DNA of 60,705 nucleotides, counting the filler, from Circinaria calcarea (Eukaryota), in the NCBI GenBank assembly GCA_051942165.1. It is 6 parts of 6 records of this genome, joined end to end, with 100 filler letters (N's around TTAATTAATTAA, not from the genome) between each part and the next. Parts side by side here need not be neighbours in the genome. Positions count along the whole stretch, not along the records: positions 30,437 to 40,464 come from JAVECS010000855.1; positions 40,565 to 50,589 come from JAVECS010000856.1; positions 50,690 to 60,705 come from JAVECS010000857.1; 3 more parts are not named here. One strand, given 5' to 3'. The position numbers were made by a program, and so were the translations under genes. Positions 35,801 through 54,005 of the stretch are shown here, piece by piece. Below the pieces are notes generated by a model that saw only the letters and a list, made by a program, of their open reading frames with translations, searched no databases and was not told where the DNA came from. Positions within the stretch are counted from its first letter, which is position 1; each line of letters starts with the position of its first letter.

Positions 35801-38800
35801 GTCCGAGCTGGCGAAACCTTCTTATGCTGAAGGAAGTTTCCTGGCTTTCACAGATTAAGGTACGTTCGATGACATCTAAAACTATCAAGCTAATCCACAA
35901 TGTAGATTAAAGGAGCCACGGCAATGCCGCCAACCGTTTTCATCCTCATGGCTTTGGAGGCGACCCGTCAACTGCGGGCTTCCTCGAAACCTGATACCTC
36001 GTCCATTCACTTATCCGAGATTACATTTGACAGACCCTTAGAATTGGCACTTTTTAGTGACATAGATACTACCGTTGAATTGCATTTCAACGCTCGCCAG
36101 GTTGACGAATCTAATCAGTTTCGTTTTGAGATATTCTCTGCAAGGGTCAAGAATGAGAATAACTCGATCAGACATTGCTCTGGAACATTAGGATGGAATA
36201 CGGATATACCGAAGAAATCACCGCTTGCTAAACATGCTATGCACCATGATCCGCTCTTGCTTGAGAAGTCTCGAGTCCTTGGACAAGAAGTATCCCCCAG
36301 CATTTCAGCACTGAAAATGAGTGCGGAAGGCTCAACCGGAATATTTGAGAGTTCGACGGATTACCATGAGAATTACTGCATGGATCCGGTGATACTGGAC
36401 GCTATTCTACATCTTCCGCCGATTTCATTGCAGGGAAGCAACTTGCCAGCTATCCACGGAGTTCTTTCCATAAGATCTATCACGCTCTATGTAACGGAAG
36501 CCCATTATCTCCGTCGTGGGCAATTCGCTACCAAGATAAGGCCAGTACATTCGTACGGAAGCAATAGCAGTATCGAGATATTTCACCATGAGTGGCTAAT
36601 GTTACTTTCTGATGTACACTATAGGGTGGATCGTCTTGTTATCCAGAAGCCTATGCTCAACTCGCTTTTCTTCAAGCCAGTTATACTACCAGATATTTCG
36701 AAGTTATCAGCCTCTAGACCAATGTCCCTCGCTGACTGCCTTCATATGGTGACACACAAATGGCCCATGAGCGATATCGGGGTCGCACAAGCATCCAGTA
36801 GAGCGATACAAAGTATATTGGATGTACTTCTTGGCTATAGACCTGAAGAGAGACCACGATTCCGATCGACACAGGTTGTGGGAGAAGCTGGGGAGCTCAC
36901 ATCTGACCGAATCCGATTTGTTCAAGCATTCGATGAAGGTGCCCATTTTCATATTTTGTTCACAGGTGAGTCTGTTGGCACGGAACAAGCTAGTAAGCAC
37001 ACTCTGCCGAACGGTTTACTCTGTACACCCGGGGTCGACAAGACTGAAGAGATCAAACTTACTAAATCATTCAAATTGATATGTGAAGTGACAGCTATCG
37101 ATCAAGGTGTATGGGCTCTCTGGCGTAAGGCCGAGAAATCGGTAGAGTCGCATCTAAGTCGCAAAGTCAAGATCTTTGCCTGCCCCGATCAAGGAATATC
37201 TTCCATCGACTTCTTACCATATGCCGAGTTAATCTCACTCAAGCCTGCACCGGTGGAGGAATTCTGTGAGCGCGTAGAAGAGGAAAAGTATGACGCGGTA
37301 GTCTTTGACTGCATCGAGAAGTCTATCATTACGACTTGGTCCGGAGACGAATTTGTGCCTTGGTTGCAAACTCTCCTGAAGTCATGTACCAGTGTCATCT
37401 GGGTAACGCAGCAAGCCAGGAATAGCCCTTATAACAATATCGCAGGTACTCTGCTAAGGACCCTTCAATCCGAGCAACCTTCCTTAAGAGTTACGTGGCT
37501 GGTTTTTGGAGATTCAACAGCGGGGAATTTTATTCAGGCTACAATTCGGTCGGCTTATATTGCTATGTTGGATGGGGAAAACGAAATCAGCATAGTGGCG
37601 AAAGATTCTCGATTGGAGGTCATACGGTACCTTCCTGATGACGAACTTTCGGCTGCTACTGGCGTCATACCGCCTAGGAAAGTGACGGATACAATTGTCG
37701 GCAAACACTACAAGTTGGCCCTCTCCGCACCGCGAAAGCTGGAGATATTTTCTCATGTTCCAGACAGCCTTCAGACAGCCGAAGTTGGGAAAGTCTACGT
37801 CAATGTTGAAGCTTCAGTTGTCGATCTAGATGATATTTCAGCCTTCTATGGGGCAAGTAAACGGCAAGCCCAACTTGGTCTTGGAAGGTTCTTTGCTGGC
37901 CGAGTTATCTCAGAAAATAATACGACGTTCCCTGGTGGATCTTTGGTTGTTGGCTGGCACCCTGAGGCCCACCGCAATCAACTGGAGGTCTCGCTAAAGT
38001 GCTTGTTAACCGACGATGGTGTCGACACCTCCGCAACTGTCGTTGCGGATTTTGCAGCCGTTGCTACTGCATTGTGCGTGGTGGACGGAATCGCTAGGGT
38101 GAGGAAGGGAGAATCCTTTAAGGTGAAGACAGCCGGAATCCTCGCCGAAGCTCTGTTCAATACGTGCAGAGCGTATGGAGCCACAGTGCTCGATGATCAA
38201 TCGGACGGTGCAGCAGACTTTACCGTGACCGTCAGCAAACTGGATGGTCTCCTCGTCAATGGGCTGCCGGTTGAACTTGATAAATATCTTCGATCGGACC
38301 ATGGGGTCGAGGTAATCACCAGAGCATGGGAGAAAAGACAAAGATCGACATCACGATTGAGAATTCTAGACATTGCGGATTATCAGCAGGCTTTCTTGGA
38401 AGAACCAATGGACCCCTATTCAACCGTGCTTATACATTCGAAACTAGAGAAGATAAAAGATCATGCAATAACATACAAGAAGGCTACCCAACTGTTTTCT
38501 AGCGACGGCGCCTACATTATCATTGGTGGGCTCGGTGGACTCGGACGTTATGTTTGCTCCTGGATGGTAGAGAATGGGGCAAAAAGACTTATAACTATCT
38601 CAAGAAATGGAGTCAGTTCATGGAAAGCGCAGGAAACGTTTGCAGCTATCAATGCTTCAGATGCTTTATTGGAAGTAATGAAGGCGGATGCGTGTGACCG
38701 GGAAGCTGTTGCGAATATACTCAATCAGATCCGACAGGAAGGTCCGATCACGGGAGTGATTAACATGGCCATGCTTCTGGGAGATGCGCCATTGGCGAAC

Positions 38801-39805
38801 ATGGCTGGCTGGCAATGGGATCGAGCTCTGCGGCTCAAAGTCGATTCCAGCTGGATATTGCATGAAGAAACACTCAATGATCCACTGGAATTCTTCATCG
38901 TGTTCTCATCTATCGCGAGTGTCCTTGGCAATAGAAATCAAGGCGGGTACAATGTCGGAAACACCTTTTTAAACGCTTTGGCCAGCTACAGACGATCCTT
39001 GGGTCTTACCGCCGTTTCAATAGCTTTGGGTGCTATGAGTAAGTTTTTTCCTTTTAGTCTATTATGTACCGCTTTCGAACCGTTCAAGCTAAGATGCATC
39101 ACAGCCGACGTGGGTGTCCTACATGAGCTAGGAAAGGGTGACCTTCTCCAAACTCTCTCGCGTAGTGGTCTCTCTAGTCTAGGAAAGAAGGACTTCGCCA
39201 AGATCATGGAAGCTGCCGTTATGGAATCTCACCGGACCTCTGAACGGTCCCTGATTTTGACCGGTCTCCAAATGTATGAGCGTGTGGATGGAAAGCTCGT
39301 AGGTTCTCAGGACCAGACGCAGCTTTATTGGACCGAGCTCCCGGAGTTCGGTCATTTGCAATCGCATAGGCTTAGCAGTGTAAAGGGGGAAAAGTGTAAC
39401 TCTCAACTTAGTCTTCGAGAGCAAATACAAGGGCTGAATAAAGGAGACACTCATGGCACGGTGACGGAAGCCTTTCTAGCTTTCTTGTCGCAGCTGCTAG
39501 GATTCGAAAGTTCAATATTCAATCCGGGGTCTTCGCTGGCAGTGTATGGCCTCGATTCTCTCAGTGCGGTATCGTGTCAATACTGGTTTTACAGAGGTCT
39601 GTCTTAGCCTTCTCCGGAAGCTTACCTAGACTGTTCGCTAACGTTTGCTGTAGAAATGTCTGTCGATGTGTCCGTTGCTGATATCTTCAACGCTTCATCT
39701 ATTGCAAACCTCATCTCCCTCGCCTGTGCGAAGATGCTTCTGAGTGAGGAGCGGACGAAAGGGGAAAATGTAGGGGTTTCGAATCGATGTACGCAGGGTT
39801 GTTGA
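32816..39805 (+). CDS. Iterative type I reducing polyketide synthase, KS-AT-DH(inactive?)-cMT(vestigial)-ER(inactive)-KR-ACP, about 2208 aa, 7 exons
   Basis: KS DTACSS/EAHGTGT/IGHLESAA; AT GQGAQW, GHSSG, AYHSH; KR GGLGGLG, FSSIAS…NQGGYNVGN; ACP GLDSL. Introns 33198-33270, 33831-33894, 34560-34616, 35860-35905, 39039-39104 and 39597-39653 give an uninterrupted 6627-nt CDS. Confidence 0.93.
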
Positions 39806-40464
39806 ATAGTTCTCGTGCACTCTTGGGGTAACGAATTCATATGTTTGGTTTGGTGAAGAGTACAAACTTATTAGTCATCATGTCTGTTGGGAACTAATTA
39901 CCTTTTCCAACAATATCTCATCCCTGAATCAGTCCAGCCGTTGTCCAACATTATCATATCTTATTCCAAAATTCATATAAGCCGAGAGAAACAGAACTCT
40001 CCATCTACTTATACAATAACCCATTCTCATAACCCACTTCCATATAACCCAGTGCAGATAAGAAAAGCCCCACCTGTCCGGAATCCCTTAAACTTGGGGG
40101 GCGTCGTCGCTTAAGTTCCGGAGGGATTTCGCATGGTAAAATACTAAGCGAAAGTATTACCCGAGATTATAATTTATATTAAATATATCCGCCTGCTTCG
40201 GGCCTATAGTTTTATTTACACAGGCTACGTCAAGTCGGTATTGGGAGGTTTTGATTTATTTTATTTATTTATATTCCGGATCAGTCCTCAATTGAAACGA
40301 ACCTTGGTTGACTGGCCCATTGAAGATGAGCGAAACCCTAGTTCAAAACGTCCATTCATCTCATGTAGACTACTGAAACCCCATTGATCTTTCTGTGCCC
40401 TCACTCCTGAAAACTCCCCCAATCAACCCAAACATACGCCATCAAATCAAATCCTTTCGCAAAC

Positions 40465-40564
40465 NNNNNNNNNNNNNNNNNNNNNNNNNNNNNNNNNNNN
40501 NNNNNNNNTTAATTAATTAANNNNNNNNNNNNNNNNNNNNNNNNNNNNNNNNNNNNNNNNNNNN
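40465..40564. other. Artificial contig linker
   Basis: N-run/TTAATTAATTAA/N-run, 100 nt. Confidence 0.98.
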
Positions 40565-40932
40565 AGCGGGGGTGGGAGGTCGGATCTTGTGGTGGCGGCC
40601 CGGTAGCGGGGACGGTTGGGATTGGAGGCATGGGTGGTGGTGGTGGGGTTTTGGGAGCTGGTGGATAGTGTGAGATGGAGGGGAAGGAGGGAGGAGGAAT
40701 GCGGGGTTGGGCTTACTGGTTCCGGAGGGAAGTGTGTTCGTGGGTGTTGATGGTGCAATGTTTGATATTGGGGGCCGGAGGTGTAGTCGTGGATGATGGA
40801 GGTTTGTTGGTTTGAATGCTTTTTGGTAGTCATCAAATATCAATTCAAGGTTTGGCGGCAGAATAGAAAGGGAGGCTTGCTCTTCGCTGTTGATATAGGA
40901 TGTCGGAATTGTTGGACTTGACTCATTCCAAT

Positions 40933-41675
40933 TCACGTGGAGCTTCGCGTATCTTGGGCTGACTCCTTTCCGGCGGGAGCTTTTGATCCCACGATTGTGC
41001 TTTTGTTTGGTCTCTCAACTTTCGGGGTTCTCCTGAATAATCGACCAAATCCCGTCATTGCCGGTATTACCGCTATCCGCGCAAACCACGGTGTTGCCCA
41101 TACGCTGAATATCAGACGGAGCGGTAGAAGGGCTTTTGTGATAGCGTAGGCCGTGGCAAACCTGATATGAGAGGTCAATCAACGGTATTTAGGACGGGCA
41201 TCGTTCAAGACATGACTAACTCAACCACGATCCTCACCCCTCCTTCACTCCTCCCCCACCAAACGCCTCTTTTCCCCATGTGTTTTCCATCCTCACCAAC
41301 CTCTCCTAGCCATCCACGCCGCCGAAACCAATTCCCAAACTTTTGCATCCCATCCGCGACCCATTTCCCTTCGCTTATAAGTGGCGGCATCCATTGACTG
41401 TAGTGAAAGAAACCTGCAAGTGTGAACAGCGGAACGACGGCGGTAAGCTCGTGGAGAAGGAGGAACGAGGTAACATGCGAGATCGGAGCGTTCGCTAAGG
41501 CGCTGGTATAGGTTTGAAGGAAACGCGGAAGCCGAGAGTGTATACGGGCAATGCGGGGATTCGGAGCTGAAGCACTCGCCGTGGGTGGTTTGGTTGAGAG
41601 AGTACTACGTCCACCATTCTGACGTACGTTCAATAGGACGAATTGGGGACGTATATAGGCACGGATTGGCGACAT
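40933..41675 (-). CDS. MRX11: FLILHELTA-domain mitochondrial protein (Mrx11-like), 2 exons
   Basis: Arg/Ser-rich presequence-like start, RLPRFLQTYTSALANAPISHVTSFLLLHELTAVVPL, intron, then (E)FATAYAITKALLPLRLIFSVWATPWFAR. Confidence 0.85.
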
Positions 41676-41878
41676 GAGATTGGTTATACGTGGGTGATGA
41701 TAGCCTAAAATCAATGGATCTGCCAAGTATCTCAAAAGAGACGACTTTGGAGATTACGTCATTCAGCAAGCGAAAGCCCTGACGGCGGGTGTCGCGTCGA
41801 GCTATCGTACTACTCCGTGTCTTGTAGGGAATGATATTGGCAGCAGCCGAGACGTCGATCCATATTCTACACTGGAAA

Positions 41879-42609
41879 ATGGGAGGTACCCAACGAGGGG
41901 CATTCATTGTTATTGAAGGTCTTGATAGGTCTGGAAAATCAACGCAGTGTGACTGCTTGTGTGCTGGTCTTGAAAACCAAGGGCATAAAATTAAGCGCAT
42001 GAGGTTTCCTGGTGGGCATCAAGTTGCAGAAACGAGTACACACGATTCTGATGCTAGCTTGGAGACAGGACAACCCTAATCGGTAAATCCATCGATGCTT
42101 ACTTGAAAGGCGAGAGCCAAGTGGAAGACCATGTAATCCATTTACTATTCTCGGCAAACCGATGGGAGGCTGCTAGGCAGATCCGCGACGATATCGCCAG
42201 AGGCGTCACGATTGTGGCCGACCGGTATTACTACTCTGGCGTAGTCTATTCAGCGGCAAAACATAATCCAGGACTTACCCTTGAGTGGGCACGGCAGCCT
42301 GAAGTCGGACTTCCCCGACCAGACCTCTGCATTTTTCTGGACATTTCACCGGCTGATGCTGCAAAACGGGGAGGATTTGGGGCAGAAAAATATGAAAACA
42401 GCGAGATGCAGAGCAGAGTCCGTGAGATGTTCCATCAGTTATTGAGTATGCCGAACCGGGAAGAAATCGTTGTCGTCGCTGCAGGCCAACTCTTTCAGGA
42501 GGTTGAGCACGATGTGATGGAGGCAGTCCGCAAGTGTTTCAAGAGCCAGCGGCTCAAGGTTCCATTAGGATGTATTCAGTCGTTGCCTAATTCATCCTCG
42601 CTTCAGTGA
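41879..42609 (+). CDS. CDC8: Thymidylate (dTMP) kinase, 2 exons
   Basis: RGAFIVIEGLDRSGKSTQ P-loop, MRFP | intron 42012-42064 | DRTT, HLLFSANRWE, ADRYYYSGVVYSAAK, GLPRPDL, RGGFGAEKYE. Confidence 0.95.
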
Positions 42610-42713
42610 TAAACCTAGGAGCCAGACGAAACTTCTGTTCGGAGCCGGACAATTGGCTTTGACCGTCATGCGAGAAACTCTTCTACTGACAGACGAGAAA
42701 TTTGGTCAGAGCT

Positions 42714-44188
42714 TTAGTCTAAAACCTCGGCGTCGTCCCAGTCGCTGTCTTCTATTACAATCTCCATCCTCGGCGCTGATGCCTTTATCTTGTTGGGATT
42801 TCCGAGCTGGGAGATGAGGGAGGCCCTGGAATCGACGCTTGTGACGGACATCACATCATCGTCTTCCTCGTCGTAATTCCATGCCTCTTCGAGCAAAGGT
42901 TCATCCACAATATCGGCTAAACATGAAGCATCCACTTCCTCCTCGATAGTAACTCTATCCAAATCCTCATGGCCCACGTCATCGGAGAACTCGTCAATAA
43001 TCTCGGAGGAAAGCCGTTTGGTACCCGTGGCTGTCGTCTTGCGCTGTCGTGGTTTTCGCATGAGTTTCGTGACTTCCTTTTCACCCCTCAACCTTAGACT
43101 CAATTCTTTTACAAGATCGACCCATTGAACGTGGGAATCGCAGCCAGGGCAGTGGCCCTCTGTCGGGATTAGAAGCTCACCCTGTTCCTCTTCCGCAAGG
43201 AACTTCTTCGAGAGGCATGTCACATGCGAGGCTGTCCTGCACGCATCATCCGGGCAAACAACTGTTGTAGCCATTGGCTGAATTGTTCCTGTACATACTG
43301 AACACTGTGTGGTTTCACTTTCCGCGAGTAGGAATAGACTTTTCTCGAGATGAGATTTTAACGGCGCATAACTGGAATCTATACCTTCCACTCCGCCTTT
43401 GCCTGCATCGCCTTGGTTATCGTTGTTTCGCTTGCTCTGGGTTAGGGTATTCTCTGCTAAGATCAAATCAGGATTTAGACTTGGTGGTTGCCGCGGATCG
43501 AAAGCAATCTTGATACCACTCCTGATCTCACCGTCCCAACCATTGCTCCATTTCTGCCATGCCTGATGGACATCTTCGCAGAAGAAGCGCACATTCAATG
43601 GCCAACGTGCGAAGCTCGGTATACGAAGAAGTAGGTGCAGATTTGATAACTTATCCACAAGTGACATGCGGGGTCTAGCAGGGCGACGCCGCGTCCGGCC
43701 GGTCTTGGGGGATCGCTTGGTTATGGTCTCTCGTATTGTGATACGCTGTTCATCCGCAATCCGACGAGTCAGGTGGGTGTTCTGCCATGCCCATCTAGCA
43801 TGGAGGTCAGATATGACACGATATAAGAAACGATATTGCGCCGAACAGCTCTCCCCAAGCAGAGTCACCGGTCACATGCTGATGAGATAATAATCGTAAG
43901 ACCTAGGGAGAGTAGGCATCCACTAATCGAATGCTAAAAGACCCATTACACCACTTACTCGAACTGCAATGCAGCAATGTTGGACGGAAACCCAGTCACC
44001 ATACATGCCATCTCCCACGGCCTCAGATTGTTTCTCGCAGTCCGGACTGCCCCTCCCTTGGAGATGCCGTTGTGCTGAGCCAAGCGTCTCCGAGGATCTG
44101 GAGTCGAACCGACATAGAGAGATGAATGGCGCACAGTTGAGCGGAGGAGATAACAGCAATAGAAGGCAGGAATCGGTCTCAGATCCAT
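42714..44188 (-). CDS. SLX1: Structure-specific endonuclease Slx1 (GIY-YIG + RING/PHD-like Zn finger), 2 exons
   Basis: FYCCYLLRS…[18 protein letters not shown]…GGAVRT…RPWEM…[12 protein letters not shown] | intron 43958-43795 | WAWQN; C-terminal CSVC…CPDDAC…HVTCL…CPGC. Confidence 0.95.
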
Positions 44189-45193
44189 GGCAAATGAGAG
44201 GTGGTAAGGGATGGCGGTCTTTTGGATGCTGTTCCCTTACTGAGACTGAAGATTGTAGAGTGAAACCTGTAGGTGCCTTTTCCCAAAACCATTACCTAAG
44301 CTCCAATGCCCAGCAACGACGCAGAACCTGCAACGCATCCGCACCTTGCCCATCAGGTGTGTAGGGAAGGAGCGCCGTCTCCCGCAATCACCTGTATATA
44401 CGTCGCACAGTGCGCCTCTTCTGTAGATGGCGGAATTTGAGTCGGGAGATTCGCTACATGGCTACAGAGTATTATGCCTCCCTCTTCGTCGCCTTCCAAG
44501 CCCGACGGTCGATTGGCTGCCCTACCGAACTGCCGAAGAAAAGCCCAAAGATTGGAGGAATGCCGCATTTGTTCTAGACCCAGAGGACAGTAACAAACCA
44601 AAAAAGGTACGATAGATAAAGTACCCAAGAACCTTGCCTGCCCCAGCCCCAAGCCAGCCCATTCACCATCACTTTGGCTCCTGTCCAAATCGAACAATGT
44701 AAATGAGAGTCCGACTCGTAGCAAAGTGTCTCGTAGTGAAATCCCAATATGCGAGTAGCTAAAGCCCGGCTGGGGTCCGATGATAAGTACTGTGTACTAG
44801 ATCTTTCGGCAATAGTTCCTGCCCCGGTCCATTCTCCCCTCGCTCTTACCCTTCCTACACTCTTTACTTTCCTCCTTCACCCTTCCGGAATCCCACCATT
44901 GGGCCCAGGCAGCCGTTGTGGGAAGCACCAGACTGATCAGGATTGCCATCTTATTGTTATATAATAATTAATGACAGTCCAGCCGCAAAACGTGCGGCTC
45001 ATTCACTTTATTCGGCCACGGTATAGGACAATTCACCTCTAGTCCGTCCTATACATATCAACAGCCTCGCCCACCCCGTTCGTTCGACCTGCAACCACTA
45101 CCACTCACTTCCACGCTCCATCGACCCACGCATGCAACGACACATCGATTCCTGCGCTCCTGGCTTCGTGCCAACATCACCCCAGCTGTGTAA

Positions 45194-50589
<5,396 letters not shown>

Positions 50590-50689
50590 NNNNNNNNNNN
50601 NNNNNNNNNNNNNNNNNNNNNNNNNNNNNNNNNTTAATTAATTAANNNNNNNNNNNNNNNNNNNNNNNNNNNNNNNNNNNNNNNNNNNN
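50590..50689. other. Artificial contig linker
   Basis: N-run/TTAATTAATTAA/N-run, 100 nt. Confidence 0.98.
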
Positions 50690-51598
50690 CCCCCATCCCT
50701 TGTAACCCTTCCATCAAACCCACCCCACCTCACTTGCTCAACCAACCTACCCTTCCAATCCAACGGACCTTGCCCCAGATGATGACGCAGTCGCGGCTCG
50801 CGTGAGGCTTGGCTGGCAAGGGATGATGGAGAAAGGGAAAGGGAAAGACGAGACGGGGTTGGAGAGGGAGCTTGGTGAGGAAGGGATGGACGTGGGTTTA
50901 GAGGGTTGAATATGGGTTTAGAGGGGTTGGAGATGGGAGCTGAATTTGAGACTACGCGTCATGGATTAATTTTACGATTGGGGAATCTGGACTATAGGGT
51001 ATTTATTATATGGAGGATGGAAATTCGAAGCCGAGTCGAGGTCATTGAGCGGAAAAGGGGGTTAGCTCGACGATGGGAAAAGCCGGGTGACTGTCCACAA
51101 AAGGACCACCCTTTTTCTATTTCATGCTTGCGGACGAGTTTTTCTTTATTTTGGGCGTGATGCTGTAGGCATCTTCTATGTTTAGCAAGTTACCCAAATG
51201 AAAAGAATTTCCTTCTTCATAGCGCCCTTCCCACATCTCATTCTGGAATCAGAAAGAGAGCCTCCATAACCCCCTAATCGAATTAACCATCCCCATTGTT
51301 CTTCCGGGTTAACATCTACCAATCCGAGCCTCCTATTAACGTTCCCGCAGCGGAGACATCGTCCTATACTCTCGATTTGCCTTGATAGTCTTCTTCTCCG
51401 CCTCCTTCTCGTCCACATTGCTAAAGACCAACTCCGAATGCTCGCGTCCACCTCTAGGTTACTCATCACTAGGATTTCAAAAGGGGCCTCGAGATATTGA
51501 GCTTGCTGATCGCGGTTGTGGGAGTAGAGTTTACTGCAAGGGCGATAACTTCGGCGATTTCTTAGTATATCGAAGGCAAGCTTGGTTGTAAGGGACTA

Positions 51599-52553
51599 CT
51601 ATAACTCATGCCGTGGCGCGTCGGCTTGAGTTAATTCATAATAGGTAGTGTCAAGCTCCCCTACCGGGGCCTCCGCATGCTCATACACTTCAGGCCTGCG
51701 TGATGGCAGATCTCCAGCCCTCTCACTCTGCAGGTAAATGAGACTGCGCTCCTGTTGTCGGCTTTTTCGGAAGATGAAGATCGCAAGACTTACGAGGAGA
51801 ACAATGATGACGGCCATAGGCACACCAAATTTTATTCCTGTCGTCGAATTGTTGTTCTGGCTTGCAAGCTGCGGTGATGTTGAGCTTGTGGGCGCTATGG
51901 TAAAACTTTGGGATGCTGAGCTTGTGGGCGCTATAGCTGAATTTTGGGATGCTGAGCCGTTGAGCGCTATGGCAGAACTTTGGGATGATGAGCTTGTGGG
52001 CGCTATGGTAGAACTTTGCAATTTCGTTTGCGCCTCGGAGCTAGTGGGGCTTAAGGAAGAGGAGCTAGACGTAAGTGTCGCAATAGACACTGCTGAGTTG
52101 GTCGCTGCCCCTGACTGTTCTGATATATCGACCGTGGAGAATGGGTACGGCGCAAGCGAGGTAGTCAGATTGGTTGTGCAGCAATTCGAGCCATCCGGAC
52201 CTTGTCCTGGTGCACCACCACAGCACCAGCTATTGCTATTGGACCCGCAACGTGACACTTGGGTGAAACCCTGGAATTGACCTTTCAAGACACTACTTGT
52301 AAGCGTGGAAGCCTTGGGAGAGTTCAAGGGGAAGATAAGTCCACATACCCTCATTGCAGAATGATAGGCAATTATGGAAATTTGGGTCTGTGCATGTACC
52401 CTGCGAGTAAGCGGTGGTCCCATACTGCCGACAAAGCCCGTTGGATAAGCAAACCCAACCCCCGCCGCAGCAGGTAGATATGGAGGAAGAGCCACAAGGA
52501 ATGTCGCCTGATACCGTTCCATCCCCTCTATAGCAAGTAATGTTAGTGCTCAT
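51599..52553 (-). CDS. Cys-rich, Ser/Thr-stalk, single-TM surface protein (Mid2-like sensor family), 2 exons
   Basis: MSTNITCYRGDG…DIPC…TCCGGGWVCLSNGLC…GTCTDPNFHNCLSFC, GT-AG intron, RCGSNSNSWCCG…NCC, S/T-rich stalk, TM GIKFGVPMAVIIVLLVSLAIFIF, basic stop-transfer RKSR, tail with ELD…YEL…HEL. Confidence 0.82.
51882..52018 (-). repeat. Intragenic 36-bp tandem repeat, about 4 units (12-aa unit like IAPTSSASQSST)
   Basis: GAGCTTGTGGGCGCTATGGTAAAACTTTGGGATGCT and three variants at 36-nt spacing. Confidence 0.9.
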
Positions 52554-54005
52554 AATCACTATCTTTGTATTCAAGTTATTGGTCAAAAAGATTGGAGTAG
52601 GGAGTGAAACGCTGGGAAGATACGGTCAAAAGACATTCATGATATCGAAAAGGTCTGTTTGGTCTTCAAGAGAAATACCGGGTGGTCTCATACCAGTGTT
52701 CTGATAACCTTCGGCTGTGGTTTTATCACTCCTATTGAACACATCACACCTCGACTGATCCGACGGCGTGGCATCTCGACAGCCGTGAGGCAAAGTCTGC
52801 CTGGCCAAAGAGTTATGGTACTCTTTAGGGAGATCCTGGCACTAATGTACTTCACCATAAGGTGGCAATTCTGCAAGAAATGTAGCTAGTATCTGTGATA
52901 AGATATCCTTACACGACCATTACCTGCAGATATATGACTGGAAAAGATAGCAGGAACAAGGCAGACAAACGGAGACGGGTAGGGTAAGCCGGCTGCTGGA
53001 TTTCGCGGAGCACTAGTATAGAAAACCCGTTATCTGAGACTTTCATTGAACTTTCGTACTTCTTGTTTCTGCTTCCAATAGAATATAGCTCATTCGAATT
53101 GACGAGGTACATTTCTTACGGTCGCCGTAGAATCATGCCTTGGGGCCGTTAATGGGCTCAACTCTTGAAACAACTTCCATGCAGAGTGAGGATCATATGA
53201 AGAGTTAGCTTTGGAGGCTAAGCAGGTATACCAATGATAGCCTTGCCTTAAGTGCCATTCGCGACATCGTGAACTGATGTGTGCAGTGAAAAGTCAGAAT
53301 AAGAGAGATGCAAGGAATAGTCTGCAGGTACCCAAGTGGCACGATCCTATGAACGACGGTAAGAGAACGCTCAAGGCTACTGTAAAGCGGCTGTGGCTCC
53401 AGCAATCTGCCTACTTGCTACGAGACAGTAGCCAAGGAAACAAACCTATTTCTCAATCTTACCTTGCATATTAAGATGGCTTCTCCGAATGGTTTAGGTG
53501 GCATAGGCAGTGTTCCTCTCCATAAGGAAGAAGACGAGGAGTGCAACTTCAACCTTACCATAGGGTCGGGATTCCATGACTGTAAATACTATGAGACCCA
53601 AAGGCATTGCTATGCAAAGAAAAAAGCTCTCTACGTGCAACGTGTTCCAGGGCGAGTAGACTTATTAGATGGATATCAGGAGTATCCAATCGACGCGGCA
53701 ATGAACGGCGCTTGTGGCACGTGATAAAGATAGTTGCAGTATCTGATCATGAGGCAGCCTTGCCAGCACATTATCATCTACGGAGATGCAGCATATGTCT
53801 GTGTGGCGTCTCTACACTCTAAAGATGCACATAGGGATAATTACGTTAAAACATTCCTCTAGATTAATTTACCATCAATGCCAGCCTACAGGTGCTTCCA
53901 ACATTTACTTTCAATTGGTCAGTTGTATTTACATGGTGCAACAGCAGGGTCTATGTCGTATCCATTCCTCTAATATATGTTGCCTCTAAGTACAACAGTC
54001 CTAAC

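Noticed and set aside
39039..39104. 22-aa insertion in the PKS KR domain shown in the ORF track
   Set aside because: It is a canonical 66-nt GTAAGT…CAG intron that happens to be in frame.
30437..44188. PKS cluster including MRX11, CDC8 and SLX1
   Set aside because: These genes lie across a contig linker and are housekeeping genes.
53205..53989. Short Cys-containing ORFs between the Mid2-like gene and xyl1
   Set aside because: No signal peptide, family pattern or splice support.
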